The notes below the pieces were generated by a model. It made no database searches. It had not been told where the DNA came from and saw only the letters and a list, made by a program, of their open reading frames with translations. Made by a program: the position numbers and the translations under genes. This document shows, in pieces, positions 13,264 through 26,535 of a stretch of 64,000 bases of DNA. The stretch is from Camelus ferus (taxonomy: Eukaryota): contig NC_045697.1 of NCBI RefSeq assembly GCF_009834535.1, positions 3,660,001-3,724,000 on the forward strand. Direction: 5' to 3'. The stretch's first letter is position 1. Each line of letters starts with the position of its first letter.

Positions 13264-16144
13264 GTCCATGATGGAGCAAGTAAAGGAAAAGAAGGGACAA
13301 CAACTCCCCTCCCCTGGACCCAGAGTCCTGCTGCTTCCAAAGACCTTCCTTACGCGTGATCCCTCGCAGCAGCCCCTGGACAGGTATTACTAGTCCCACT
13401 TTACAGATGCGGCACTAGAGGCTCAGAGAGATCGAGCCACAAGCCTGACCAAACACTCCAGGACACAGAATCATCATGCCCACTCTCCTCACAGGGCATC
13501 CATGACACCTGGAAGAATACCTGGTCTGCAGGGGGAACTCAATAAAATTGCTGAATAAATACGTGGATAATTGAAAACAAAAAACTGTCCATGCCAGAGT
13601 CAGACCCCAGTCCTGGGTCTCCACGGTTCACTCCCCTTGCCCCCTGGCTGCACCTCTGTTGAGATGGACGTGGGTGGGGTCCCATCAGAGGAAAGGCTGG
13701 GGCCACTGTTGACTCCTGTGAGTCAAGAGGGTTCTCTTCGGAAAAGGAGTTTGTGGGCACGACAGGAAAGCCACCAGAAGAGTGAGGCCTTTTTTCTAGC
13801 CAGATAAAAACTGTTTTAAGCAGGAATCCCTGTGGATGACGAGGTTTCACTGGGCCTTTTGAAAAGGCATCTATTTTTACTGCAATCAATTGTGTTAAAG
13901 TGGGATTTACTAAAGAAGAGGGAAATTGCCCACGTTATCTACTGCTTGTCAGAAACCACATTTCTATTTCCGTTCACGGCTGGATTCGAGGCCCCAAACT
14001 CCTCCTGCACCTCCGCTGGTGGCTAAAAATAGCTGCTTGCAAAGGAACAGCCAGCCAGAGGCCAGTGTCGTCAGATGGCTGAACCGGAGCTCGGGGCCCC
14101 ACCTGCCCCATCCAACTCCCCAAAGGCTCCAGGTCTCCATCTAGAAAGTGACAGCTGTTCTCATGCCTGGGAGATATGAGGCTGCGTCAGAAAGTTAAAA
14201 CCACAGCTAACAAGCTGCTCACAATGACTAACTGTTGGGTGGACACATTGAGAGGGCTGAGAACATAGGCTCCAATGCCCCCCTCAACCCCCTGGCTTCT
14301 TTTCTCAGCCCTTTATTCACTCCCCTCCCCCCACTCCTCAGGTCCTTACATAGAGTGATGCATTCCTGCCCCAGGGCCTTTGCACTTGCCCCCTGCCTGA
14401 GTGCTTCAGCCCCAGATACCCCATGGCTCATTTCCTCACTTTCCGGCAGTGAGAGCTCCTCTGGCCACCCTCCCCTTCCTCCTCCTCCGCCCCCATCCAT
14501 CTTATTTTCTCCATTGCACATTACACATCGTCACATGGGAGAATGCATGTCCGTGTGTGTGAGCACACGTGGGCATGTGCTTACTCACTTCTGTGTATGC
14601 AGCGTGCCCCTCCCCACAAGGACGTGGGCAGAGAGGGCTTCTCAGCTATTTGATTTCCGGCTTTGGTGCGGCACCTACAGCCGCGCCTGCACAGAGCGGT
14701 GCTCGGCTAGACTCGCAGGCATGTGCGCACCCTCTCAGGGACTGGCCATGCTTACAGCTGGTGCCTCACAGGGGCTCATGCCTGTCTGCAAATCAAGTTT
14801 CAGCACTAGCAACGTGACCACAAGGGTTCGCCCACCCTGAGAAGCTGCCCTTAGAATCCAGGCATGAGTGCCTCACCTTTGCTGTGAACTCCAAGCGTCT
14901 GCACCCCTGAGCACTCATCAGCATGGCCCTGACGGAACCCGAGGGGCACAGTCAGTCCCTGTGCCCTACCAGGGCCTGACCTCTCAACTGACGCCGATGG
15001 CACTGGGGGCTCACACAGGGGCTCACCACCACCCTCCCCAGAAAGCTGTCCACTTGGGGGCCTGGCCACCCAAACACTTCCCTCTATGAGGCACAGGCTC
15101 TGAGGCCAAGGGGACCACGACAGGACTTTCTGTGCAACCTTGGGCAAGCGGTCACAGCTCTCTCACTCTGCTCAGCCCATCTCCAGGGGTAAACTCCCCG
15201 CCACTGTCTCCACAAGCCTAAGCCCTCTCTCTCGAGAGCAGTCACTGCCCCAAGCATGGCCCCTGACCTGTGGCTTCCATGGTCAGGCCACCTCGTAGGC
15301 TGCAGCCTGGGCAGCCCCTCACCAGGTAGCTGGAGGCGCAGCCAGCCACACCGACAATACCCAGAGTTCAGCAAGTATGAACTGTGTGCCAGGCACCCTG
15401 GGAGCCAGACACGGGCCCCTGCCTGGAGGAGGTGCCTGGGGGACAGATCATAAGGGACAACGGCCCAAGGTGCCCCCTAGACCTCAAAGCCCTTGGCTGA
15501 GGTGGAGCTGGGGTCCCCTCAAGCTCCGGAGGCCCCCAGGGGCTGCACAGCCACACTGCCGCCCGGGGATGGCCCGAGCAGTCACCAGGCAGGGTCACCA
15601 GGATGAGCACACCTGGGAGCCCTGGGACCGGCAGCACTCTGAGGGCACAGGATGTAGTTCAAAGTCATGCTTTCTTCCTAAAAACAAGATGGACAGGCTG
15701 GCAGTGGCTGTCAGCTTCCCGGGGAGCTCAGTGCCTCTCTGCAGCAGCAAATCAAGCGGCCGGCGGAGGGCGGGGGAAGCGACGTCCCTGCGGCAGCGAA
15801 GCCAGCTCTGCGCCCTCGCCCCCCGCCCCCAGCTACCTGAAATCGATTCGAGCGATCAAAGGAATAGATACGTCTGAGGCTGATGGACAAACCTGCCACT
15901 TCAGTGACAGCCCAAATCAAGGGCCACCTTTAAGTCGCCATCCCAGATCCCCAGCACCTGGGGAGACAAGGCGGCAAGGTTGGGGGCTGTGGGAGAGGCC
16001 AGTCCAGCATCCCTGCACTCTCTTCCTCTAACACAGGATGGCCAGGAGCCCAGGCCACCAGTTACAGCACGTGGCCCACACCAGATGCTTGGGCTTTGGG
16101 GCTCTCTCCCACCTCTTTCCGTCCTGTCCCCCCAGGTCCAACTG

Positions 16145-16350
16145 CCCCATTTTACAGATGAGGAAACTGAGGCCTAAGAAGGGGACAGGACAGTGTATGA
16201 CACATGCACTCTCAGAATATTCATAACCACCCTCTGACGTGTGCATGGTAATGACATCCATTTTACAGATGGGAAAACCGAGGCAGGAACACCAGGCAGG
16301 AACTTGTCTGAGGCTCCAGCAAGCAGAGGCTGGGACAGGACTCAAACACA
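16145..16350 (-). mobile_element. Two adjacent MIR fragments
   Basis: CCCCATTTTACAGATGAGGAAACTGAGGC at 16145 and CCATTTTACAGATGGGAAAACCGAGGC at ~16258. Confidence 0.7.
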
Positions 16351-19300
16351 GGAAGGATGACCAGAGAGCCGAGCTCTGACTGACCTAGAATGTGCCTCAT
16401 GGTATAAAAAGAGGGGCCTTTCCAATACTGCATGGGGACTTTATGACACCCCGTCTGAGAAGTGCTCCGCCAACCTCCTTCCAGAGTCTTCCTCTGTGCT
16501 CTGGACTGCAAGGGATGTGCTCCTCGCCAACGCCGAGTCTGGGCTGCAGGTGTAAGGGTGCAGCAATCTGCCAGGGCTGCAGGGACACACTGAGGGCCTC
16601 TGTCCGCTGTGGAGGTGGAAGATACATTCACCTGAACGTGCTCCCAGGGCTCCTGACCTGCAGATTAAACCCGCACAGGTGGGGTGGCCCCTGGACCACC
16701 CCTCCAGCTCTCCGGGCTGGTCTACACCTCTCCCTGCTCCAGCACGGTCCCAGGCCTTTGCCTCACTCTTCCTACTGCTTGGGGCGCCTCCCCTCCTGCA
16801 GACCCTGGGGTGGAACCACACCTGTCTCCTGCCTGTCCACCTCCACCTGCCAGCAGTGGTTAAATGTGCAGACCCCTGGGTTCAAACCCCAATCCTGCCA
16901 CTCTCAGATGTGTAACCACTCAGCAACTCACACTCTCCACCTGTAAACAGGTGGTGATACAGCAGTGCTGACCTCCTGGGGCTGTTCTGAAGATGAACTG
17001 ACCTGAACCATGGGAGCCCCAGAGCAGCGCCTGGCAGAGCAGCGGTGAGGTTGGGTGATGGTTACCGTAGTGCTGCACCCATCACTCCAACTGCCCCACC
17101 ATGCCTCGCCATGGCCAAGAGCCGTGTCCCTGTGGGACCCCACACTCCCCAGGGGAAGGATGTGCACAGCTTTGCCCAGCTTTGACCTTGACACCTGGTG
17201 CTCAGCCCTGCTGGTGCTTAACAGTCCACTAAGTGGAATTAAACTGAGCACCCAGGGCTTGCCCATGCATCCCCCCCACGGATGGGGGCCCACGGCACCC
17301 CCCCCGGGGGGGACCTACGGCGGCCCCTGGCAGGAGGGAGGAAGGGCAGGCGTCTGCACAGCACGGTGCCTCTCACTGAACCGGCAGCACCTGGAGCGGC
17401 GGGAACCCCCACCTCATGCAAAGCCCGGCTGGCCACCAAGGGCTCGATTGAAATGTTGGATGTTGGAGCCCAGCAGGAGTCTAAAGGTCACGGACCATGA
17501 GGATCAGCAGGGACGCAAATTAAGAGCTCGGGACCAGAACCCTGGAGGGCTTCAGAGATGATGAAAAGAATAAACTCCCCATCCTGGGTGCTGTGGGGAC
17601 TGACATAATGAGGCTGCGCACCTCGTCTCGCTTGCTAACGAGGGCTCTCTGGTGACCAAGCCCCAGGCTCAGGGCCCCAGGGCCTGGATGCCCCAGGATG
17701 CTCACCTGGGAAGAGGCACCTCGCAGACTCCGACCGCAGCAGACTCCCAGGGGCGGAGGCCGCAGCATCATCGAGGGTCGCATCTTCCTCCCACCCGTCC
17801 CTCCTCCTCCACACCAGTCCTGCTGGACCCCAGGCATCCTCCGTGCTCTCTCCCAGGCTATTCCCACAGCCCCCACGGGTCCCCAGAGGCCTGCAGCGTG
17901 CCCTGCTGATGCCTCCCCGCGCTCTGCTCCAGGGCCGCGCAGGACAGGGCATCCTCCTGCCACCCCCTCCAAGCCCTCCGTGGCTCCCGCTGCCCGAGCA
18001 CAGCTTCTTAAACTTTAAAGCGCTTCCGTCACAAGGACCTCGCCGGTGCAGGGCGGGGCTGGGCCGAGTGTCCGCATCACTAACGGCAACCACGTGATGC
18101 TGTGCAGTGGTTCCAAGGACCCTTACACGAGGAGCGGGGCTGCAGGGAATGCATCCACGTGTCCCAGCCCTCCACAGTCCAGCCCGAGCCCCGCTCCGCC
18201 TCGCCCCCCACCCGCAGGCCCCGCAGGCCCCACTCTGCCAGCCAGGGTCTCTCCCAACCCCAAGGCACCTGGCGTATCTCCTCATCCCTGCCCACGATGC
18301 ACCCCCAGCTGGAAGCACCTTCCCTGCTGCCCCCGACCCTGGACCATGGGAGTCATGCTCGTTAAGCTGCAAAGGCCTCAAAGATCCTTCCCCTAGAAAG
18401 AAGGACCCTCTCCTTCGTCTGTGTTCCCACTAGGTGCCGCCTCGCCCCTTCTGCAGGACAGTCCACCTTCTGCCCTGTTACTTTTCCTAGTCTCAGACTC
18501 CCAGCATCCATGTTTGTCGTTCAGCCTCCAGAACGTGGTACTCGGTATGGCGGTCCCGGCAAAGTCGTGCACGGACCTACGAGTGCCAGCCCCTCAGGCC
18601 CCTTCTCTCCACACTCCCTGGCATCTCCAAGGCCCCCAGTCACCCTGCCTCCCAGCTGGACTGTGAGCCCCAGAGAAAGAGAAAACCATGTCCCCTCCCT
18701 AGACACCCCCCCACAATGAGCCCGTCGCCCCCTCAAGGGGGGAACTGTCTTAGTTTGGGCAAATCCCTGGACAGCAGGTTTTGAAAGCTGGGGCAAGACA
18801 TCACGGTGACAAAGGATGGTGAAAGCACTCCGCACGGGGGCCCAAGGGGCTTGTGCTGCTGCTGGGGTCCAGGGAGAAGACAGAGGATGGAGAGGGGAAA
18901 GGCGAGGGGGCAGAGGAAGGTGGGGGTGGGGGCAGCAGGACCACAAGAGGCTGGAACCAGCTCCTGGGGTGACACAGACTCTGCCCCCACGGTCTTGCTA
19001 CCAAGAGAGGGACCCGGCTCCCGACCTAAGCATGTTCCATAGACTGACACCACTTCCCACCAGTAAGGTCCACTGCACCCCCGAGGCCCCATGAAACGAC
19101 TCCTAGAAAAACTATAGTTTTTCATCCCAGTTCATGTCGAGGGGGTGCAGAGCCCGAGCACAGGGAGCAGGAACCCAGAGCCCTCGGTGGCCAGAGCACT
19201 AGGCAGCCCCAACATTCACAGACATCACCAGAGGTCACCAGCCTGCAAGGCGCGGGCTCAGCGGTCTGAGCCCCTCTCATCTAGACGTCAGGAGGCAGGG

Positions 19301-22129
19301 AAGCTGGCATGTGGGTCACACCTCAGGACTGCTGAGCTGACAGGGACGCTGATGGCCAGTGTCCTGAGTGTGCACGAGTGGGCCCAGGCAGCGGGGGCGT
19401 GTGCAGACAGCCCGGCTCATCCCAGCCGGCCACCACTATGGCACCAGCACGGAGCCCAGCCCTCTTCCACAGGCAGAACTAACTTGCTAGCAAAGGGCGT
19501 CATTCAATTAAGATGCTCATGATCTTGGCAATAAGGTGGCCCAGAAGTGAGAACACAAAAACAGGAAAAGCCCATGGCCTGGCACTTTCAGGGGGTCCTC
19601 AAAGATGCAGAACAGGTGTGTCACCCCCATCACCCCAAAACAGAGCAGGGCCTGGCCACGAACCCTTGACTGGCGAGATGAGAACCCCTCCCACGGTGGG
19701 GCCACTGTGTCATACCCTGAATGGTAACACTGAGCGGGAGGTGGCCTGTGAAAGCAGGGACAGATGGCGGTCTGAATTAGTGGGTCTCAGGGGGTGGGCC
19801 CTAGCTTCCTTTATCTTGCAGGCTGTCAGAGCGCCTGCAGAACCCCGGCCCTGCGCCCTCCACCTGTTAGGGATAAATCCCGCTGTAAATAGCCCCTTCC
19901 TGGCCCGCCACAGACGTCAGGACTTAACCCTTCAGCAAACAGGACGGCACCAGCCACACCTATGGGGCACCTTCAACACAGCTCTGTCACCTCCTACCCT
20001 GGGCCCCTTGGCTGGAGGGACACATGGGGGCTGAGCAAGGCCAGGTTTGGGGTCAGATGGACTCAGGTTCAAATCCAGGCTATGCGCCTTAGGCTTTGTG
20101 ACCTCAGGCCAATGACATGGGCTCCCCTACCATCGGCCAGCAAGGAGGTGAATGATGCCTGCCTCCCAGGGCTAGGAGCAGAGATAGTCCTGCCTGCACA
20201 GTCCTGCTTCGGTGCACATTCCATGAGCAGGGACGTTAAAGATGCTGACCCTCCCGGCGTGATGGGAAGCCACTGCAAAAGATCAGGGCCCGTGGGCTGG
20301 GGGGCTGCATGAGGGCTTCAGACCTACCACAGCCACGAGTTCTCACCCTGGTGGTTTGAAAATACAGCTCCAAACTCCGACTTTGCCCCCACTGAGAGGC
20401 GTGGCCTGTATTCCCTCCCCAGAACTGGAACACGTGGTGGTGGTGGAAGTGACACTTTGTTGACTCCCGACGCTGCATCCCCAAAGGCCACGGGGTCTCC
20501 ACTTCCCTGCAGGAACGCTGTGCTGGAGCCCAGGCTGGCCACGTGAGCACTCCCACTGCTCTGAGACCACGTGCCCAGAGGAAGCTCAGGCTGGTCCACA
20601 GGCACAGCACACGTGGAGAACCCAGGGAGCTCACAAAGAGGGGGCCATCTGCATGGCCCCCCAGGACCTTCTCCAGCCCCCGGACTCTGGGATCTCAAGA
20701 CAAGGCTGTCCCGCCCACAGACTGGCATCACAGCGGTGCCAGGGTGTCGGCTGCTCCCCAGGACCGGACCCAGTGCACACGGTCCCAGCCTGGTAACTCC
20801 CAGACTGGCCGGGCCACGCTAGTTCAAACAACCAAGGAAGCAGAAAAACGGGAGGTTCCAGGAGGCCACACAGCAGACGTCCCCGCTGTGTTGTGTCTGG
20901 CCAAAGGCTGCTGTCCGTGTGCCCTTCAGTTCACTACATAGTAGTTCTCAGCCAAAAGCAGTGCCACACAAACATGAAGATGCTTTGATCCCCGCAGTCA
21001 AGAGCTCCTGGTCCTGCAGGCTAGACCCCAATGCCGAACAACCATGATGGTGGTCAGTTAGGACCCAACGATGATAAAACTGTGCGGGCAGCAAAGCAAC
21101 CCGTGGCAGTGTGAGCAACCTTTGTAACTCAGTCCAGGGGAGTCAGGAAAGGCTTCCTAGACAAGGCAATACCTCATTAGGGTTTTGAAGGATGAACAGG
21201 AGTCTGCCAATGTATTCTGTATAACTGGATTATAGTCTCACTCCTTCCTCCTTTCTCCTTCCTCCTTCCTCCTTCCTCCCTCCTACCCTTCTCAAGCACT
21301 TTATGTGATATAACATTTGTACTTCACTCCCCACAAGGTATAGGGAAGACCGGTCAGTTTACCACCATTTAGAGGAAACACCCAAGCAAAGATGTCAAAT
21401 GTCTTCCCTAAATAAAATGTCGCTGATGAAGACAAAGCACAGTGAGGCTCGGAATCCTCGGAGCCCCTCCACCTTCCGTGAGCTGGTTGGACAGGATCAC
21501 AGCCTCAGGGTTGCCCTGAAGGGGGAGGGGTGGGGGAGGGGAGGACAGACGGGATGACCTCCCCCAGCCAGGACCACCACAATCATGAGGGGTGGGCAGA
21601 AGGAGGAGGTGACCAAAGCAGAAGACAAAAGGCGGGGTTTTTAAGACCAAAACAGACAGCTGCTTCATGCCTGCGGATGCAGCTTCCACCGGTCTGGGAT
21701 CACAGCTCCGCCTACCACTCACCCCACCTTCATGACAAATTATTACAAAGTAATTCCGCATTCCCTGTTTGGTGCCTTAATGGTGCATTTGCCTCACACT
21801 CCAGGAGGATTCGGCTGGAGGAGGCAGATTTAGAGGAGAAAATTAAACGCTGTCAGGCCTGCCTTGCACAGCGTGCTCAGCCAGGCTCCGGGGGCTGCCC
21901 CAAGGCTGCACCCTGCGAGGTTCCTGAACCACCTGGCCAGGGCTGAGCTTCTCAGGAGCTTCCGTCCTCCCAGAAGGTGGGTCTGACTCCAATTCCTGCC
22001 AGTGGGCGCCTGGAGGGCCTGGAAACCAGCCCACCAGGCCACCGCAGCCTTCCCTAGCCAGTGTCAGGATCCCACCTCCTGTGGCAGCCACCCTCTCTTT
22101 GCACACCTCTGTTTATTTGCTGATACAAA

Positions 22130-22465
22130 TAATAACAAGAAGATGGAACAGCCACTGAGTTCCTACTCTGTGCCTGGGACGTATCAGTAAATCCATTAAA
22201 CAGATGAGAAAACTGAGGCCCAGAGAAATTACCCACCTCACAGCTGCTAACGAACATAGATTCTGGAGTGAAGCGGTCAGGTTCAAATTCCAGAATGATC
22301 ACGGAACTGTGTGACCTGGTCCAAGTTATTTAACTCCTCTGTGCCTCGGTTCTTCCATCTGCAAACGGGGTGAGAGCATCACCCGCCTCATAGGACTGCA
22401 GGGCAGACTGAGTGAGTTCATCCACATGAAGTCTAGCACAGGCCCGGAATAACGAAGCACTGGGT
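22130..22465. mobile_element. Two MIR fragments in opposite orientation
   Basis: ACAGATGAGAAAACTGAGGCCCAGAGA (minus), then GTGTGACCTGGTCCAAGTTATTTAACTCCTCTGTGCCTCGGTTCTTCCATCTG (plus). Confidence 0.7.
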
Positions 22466-24019
22466 GAGTGCGTACTGGGGGTGGAGGGGGAGACCGCCCC
22501 AACCCTGCCCGGCCACCCCCATCACCGCTGTGGTCCTGGTCTGCCTCCTTCCTTGGGCTCCTCACAGCAGTCCAGCAGCAGCAGCTCAGATCTGGGCCGA
22601 AGTGGCGGAGGGAGTGGGGGGAGCGGTCCTCTCTGCTCCTTGCAAAAAGCCCCTTCTTGGAGGATGCTAACCCTCACTCTGGCAAGTGTTTCCAGCAGGA
22701 GGCTGCTGGTTAAAGAGCCTGTCCTGTCCGAGGTCACACCTGGAGTCAGACATGGCGGCCCGGCACACGCACCACCACTGCCTCCCAGCCCACCATCCCC
22801 CTCGCCCAGCAGGGGCATAGCTGTGAGCGCTGGGGCAGGGGCACCTATGTTTGTGCCCGACAGTAATCCATCAACCTCTTACCAACCATCAAATAGAGTT
22901 AGGTCTCTGTGGAAACCGGGGACCCACCTGGGGGATCTCCATCTTCTCGGGACACTGGAGTGACCACTGCCTGCTGGAGCAGCAGGGGAGAGCCACGGCC
23001 CCAAGCACGCAGGGTGGGCTGCATGGGGTGCAGAGTCCAGGGGTCCCTGGAATCCTCTAGGCAAGCCGGCCTCCTGTGATGAGGATGCTTGCTGGACCAG
23101 GCGCTGACCAGTGCACAACTCCTGAAATGCAGGTCACACTCCTGAATGGAACCAGGCTGCCAGGCTGCCGGGCACCCAGAAAACTTCCAAACACCAAACA
23201 CCGAAGAAAACAGTTTGAAGGCTCAGCTGGGCAAGTCATAAAAGCCTTAATTAAGTAAAGATTCCTGAATTTCTTTTTTAATCCTTCAATAAAACTCCAG
23301 CACAGACATGGGCAGAGGGGGGCTGCAGGAGTCAGGTAGCTGCAGCCACGATGAGACCACAGGAAAACACCACCGGGCTGGCTTCACTCCCCAGAACAAC
23401 AGCCTCTAACAAGCGCAGCCCAAAGCTGGGCTGCACCCACATGTGCAGACGACTGTGTAGACCCATGCCCAGCGGGAGCCCAGGGGCCATCCTTTGCAGG
23501 CCATGCCCCCATGGGGCTGGAAGTTGAGTTGGGTGCCCAGCCTGGTGAAGTGAGTGGCCAGCTCCCCGATCTGTCCATCCCTGGGGGACCCCTCAGCTTT
23601 GTGCCCTTGGCTCCCTCACCCTCCCCACCCCCCAGATAAACATGTCTGTTCCAGCTATGAAGACTTCGCACCATCCTGGAGTGGGCCCCGCATGGCCACA
23701 CTTTTCAAGGAATCCTTTCCAAGCCCAGCCCTTCCCAGGAAGGGACCAAAGGGCCCGTGTGACACCTGCACTTGGAGTCACGCTGTGATTGAGACGCATC
23801 AGTAGATCTGTCCAGGAAACATCTGCACAACTAGGCAGCCGGTGTGTTCGAGGTTCATGACCTTTGACTGGTGACCTCGTCAGCAAATTTGCCCTAGGAA
23901 ACCATCGACACTGGACAAAGAGATGCATCCAAGGGTGCTGACTTGGCTAACACATGTCAGGATGATCGCTCACGATGACAGGGGAGCTTCCTTCCAAGAA
24001 TACAACTACAGGGACACAA

Positions 24020-24450
24020 TGAAGAAGTGACAGTTCTTAAGAGGCAAAGACCTCCAGGTGCAAAATAAAGGAGTCATGGCACGAAATGCACAGTGTGGGG
24101 AACACAGTCAGTGAGCATGCAGTATCTGTGGATGGTGACAGATCGAATCCCGATTTATCCTGGTGATGATTTTGAAATGCGTAGAAATATCGACTCGCTA
24201 TGCTGTGTAACAGGAACTAACATAGTGTCGTCGGTCAAGTATACTTCAGAAACAAACTCAGAAAAAGGGACCAGATTTGCGGTTAACAGAGGCAGGGTGG
24301 CAGGGAGAGGGGGAACTGGAAGAAGGTCGTCAAAAGGCACAAACTACGATAAATAAGTGCAAAGGCTGTAACACACGTGACAGACACCGCTGACACTGCT
24401 GGGTGTCACGTGTGAAAGGTGCGAGTAAATCATCACAGGGTTCTAACGTC
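24020..24450 (+). mobile_element. L1 3' UTR fragment (laurasiatherian/artiodactyl type)
   Basis: GGTGATGATTTTGAAATGCGTAGAAATATCGACTCGCTATGCTGTGTAACAGGAACTAACATAGTG...TATACTTC, followed by a second L1 3' unit. Confidence 0.7.
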
Positions 24451-25087
24451 TGCACAGAAGCACAGTGGGAAGGAAACGGCCAGAAGGGTGGACGCTGCTC
24501 CCTCAGAGGTGCGGGATTATCGGTCATTTCAGGTTTCTTCTTTCTTAGACCTTTCTGTTTGCAAGGTCCACAATGAGCACGGGTTCCATCCTCAACAGGA
24601 ACATGAGTCTGGGTTTTCTGCCGTTCGGTGGGTTGTTGGTTTTTAATGGTCAGCTCAGGGCTCTGGAGGTCTGGGATTTCAGCATCCTGGGGTCCCATTA
24701 GGGAGCAGGACCCAAGCAGAGAAGCCCTCCCTCCACTGCCCAGCAAGGGTCTGCCCAAGTAAGAGACAGACGAAGCCCCTGCAGGTAACTAGTGGACTAG
24801 TTGAGGCAGAATGGTGAGGAGTGGTTTTCCCGCCTCCACTTGGTTCCTCTGCAGAAAATCTCTCCAGGTCTGACTTTCAACCACCCTCAGGGACACCCAC
24901 ACCTGCTGTGCTCGGCCCCGCCCACCTGTGCAGAGCCACACCCACCTCCCTCACCCTGAGCCTTGCCAACCGTTTCCTGATGCTCCAGCTCTCTCTAGCC
25001 ACTGTCCAGAGTGCCCTTTCTCACCCCAGCTGTCCCCTACATAACCACAGCCCATGCCCCTCCACCCCATTGCTCCAGCCACACCAC

Positions 25088-25630
25088 CTTCTTTTTAACA
25101 GCTTTGAGATAAAACTCATACACCATACAATGCATCTATTTAAAGGGTACAATTCAGTGTGTTTTAGTACATTCACAGAGTTGTGCAAATATCACTATAT
25201 TCATTTAGAATATGTTCATCACCTCACAACCATTCACAATCATTCCCCACCCCTCCACCCACCGGCCCCTAACCACCACGTCTCTACTTTCTGTCTCTAT
25301 GGATTTGCCTATTCAAGACATTTCACATAAATGGGGCCATACAATATGTGGTCTTTGGTGTCTGGCTTCCTTCACTCAGCATCATGTTTTCAAAGTGCAT
25401 CCATTTCGTGCGGTGTATCAGTTCTTTATCCTTTTATGGCCAAATAATATTCCGTTGTATGGATACAGCACATGGCTTATCCACTCATCAGCTGATGGGC
25501 ATTTGGGTTGTTTCCACTTTGGGCTATTAGGGCTTCTCTTGGGTGTATATATATATATGTATGGATGGATGTGTATATATGTGTATGTACATATATATGC
25601 ACTTCTAGGGGTGAGATTGCTGTGTCATAG
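25088..25630 (-). mobile_element. L1MB-type 3' end with internal (TA/TG)n microsatellite at ~25544-25600
   Basis: TTTTTAACAGCTTTGAGATAAAACTCATACACCATACAATG...TCTACTTTCTGTCTCTATGGATTTGCCTATTC...GATGGGCATTTGGGTTGTTTCCAC. Confidence 0.85.
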
Positions 25631-26374
25631 GCACTGCCCTCCTCTCTGTCCCCCAAACCTGCCAAGCCCGTTCCCAGCTCAGACGTTGCGTGACAGGTCT
25701 TGCATGGCAGGCTCCTGGCCATCCCTGACCGCCTGACCCCTGCAGGTCCCATCCCTGACCACTCTGTCTGCTGCAGGTCATTATGAGTTTGATTTTCTCC
25801 ATGGTGTTTACCACCATCTGAACTTATTGTGCTGGTTTTAGGTTCTGCATCCCTCTCCCCTCCTAAAATACAAGCACCTTGAAGGCAGGGGTCTGTCTGA
25901 CCTGGTCAGCACTAAGTCACTACCACCTAGCACAGGCTGGACACCCGCAGGGTACTCAGTATGTACATGCTTAATTTAATGAAATTTAATTTAATTCCCC
26001 ATGTCTGAGTGAAGTGCCACCTCCTCCAGGAAGCCCACCTCCAGCAGCCCTGGTCAGCATGTATTTATCCATCTGCTCACTGGACCAAGGGCTGCTGGAG
26101 GGCAGGGCCTGTGTCTGGTTTCCTTGACTCCCAGGTGCCCACACAGGCGGGGGGCATAGCAGGTGCAGGTGAGTTTTGCCAAACCACAGGTCCCCCTGAC
26201 ATCACTCCACTTGGTGATGGTTCACACCATGCAGAGAATCCATGTGATTCTCACCAGTCCCCCAATTCAATTGGAAACCTTGCACACCTCAAATTGGAAG
26301 GACAGTAAGTGTAACCCTGGCCACACTAGAAGTCACTACAGAGTTCTCTGATTCCACTGGTCACGCTGCCTGAG

Positions 26375-26535
26375 AAAGGGCTCCCCAGGGAGGGGCGCAG
26401 CAGACAGCTGGAGAGCTCATTGAAATGCAGGCGCCAGGCCCACCCCACCGATTCAGGACATCTCAGGTGAGCCTTGGCCTCTGTCTTTTTAACAAGTTCC
26501 CCCAGGAGTCTGAGACACACCAAAGTTTGGAAATA
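26375..26535. mobile_element. MER5A-like hAT-Charlie element
   Basis: GGAGAGCTCATTGAAATGCAG...TTTTTAACAAGTTCCCCCAGGAGTCTGAGACACACCAAAGTTTGGAAA. Confidence 0.65.
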
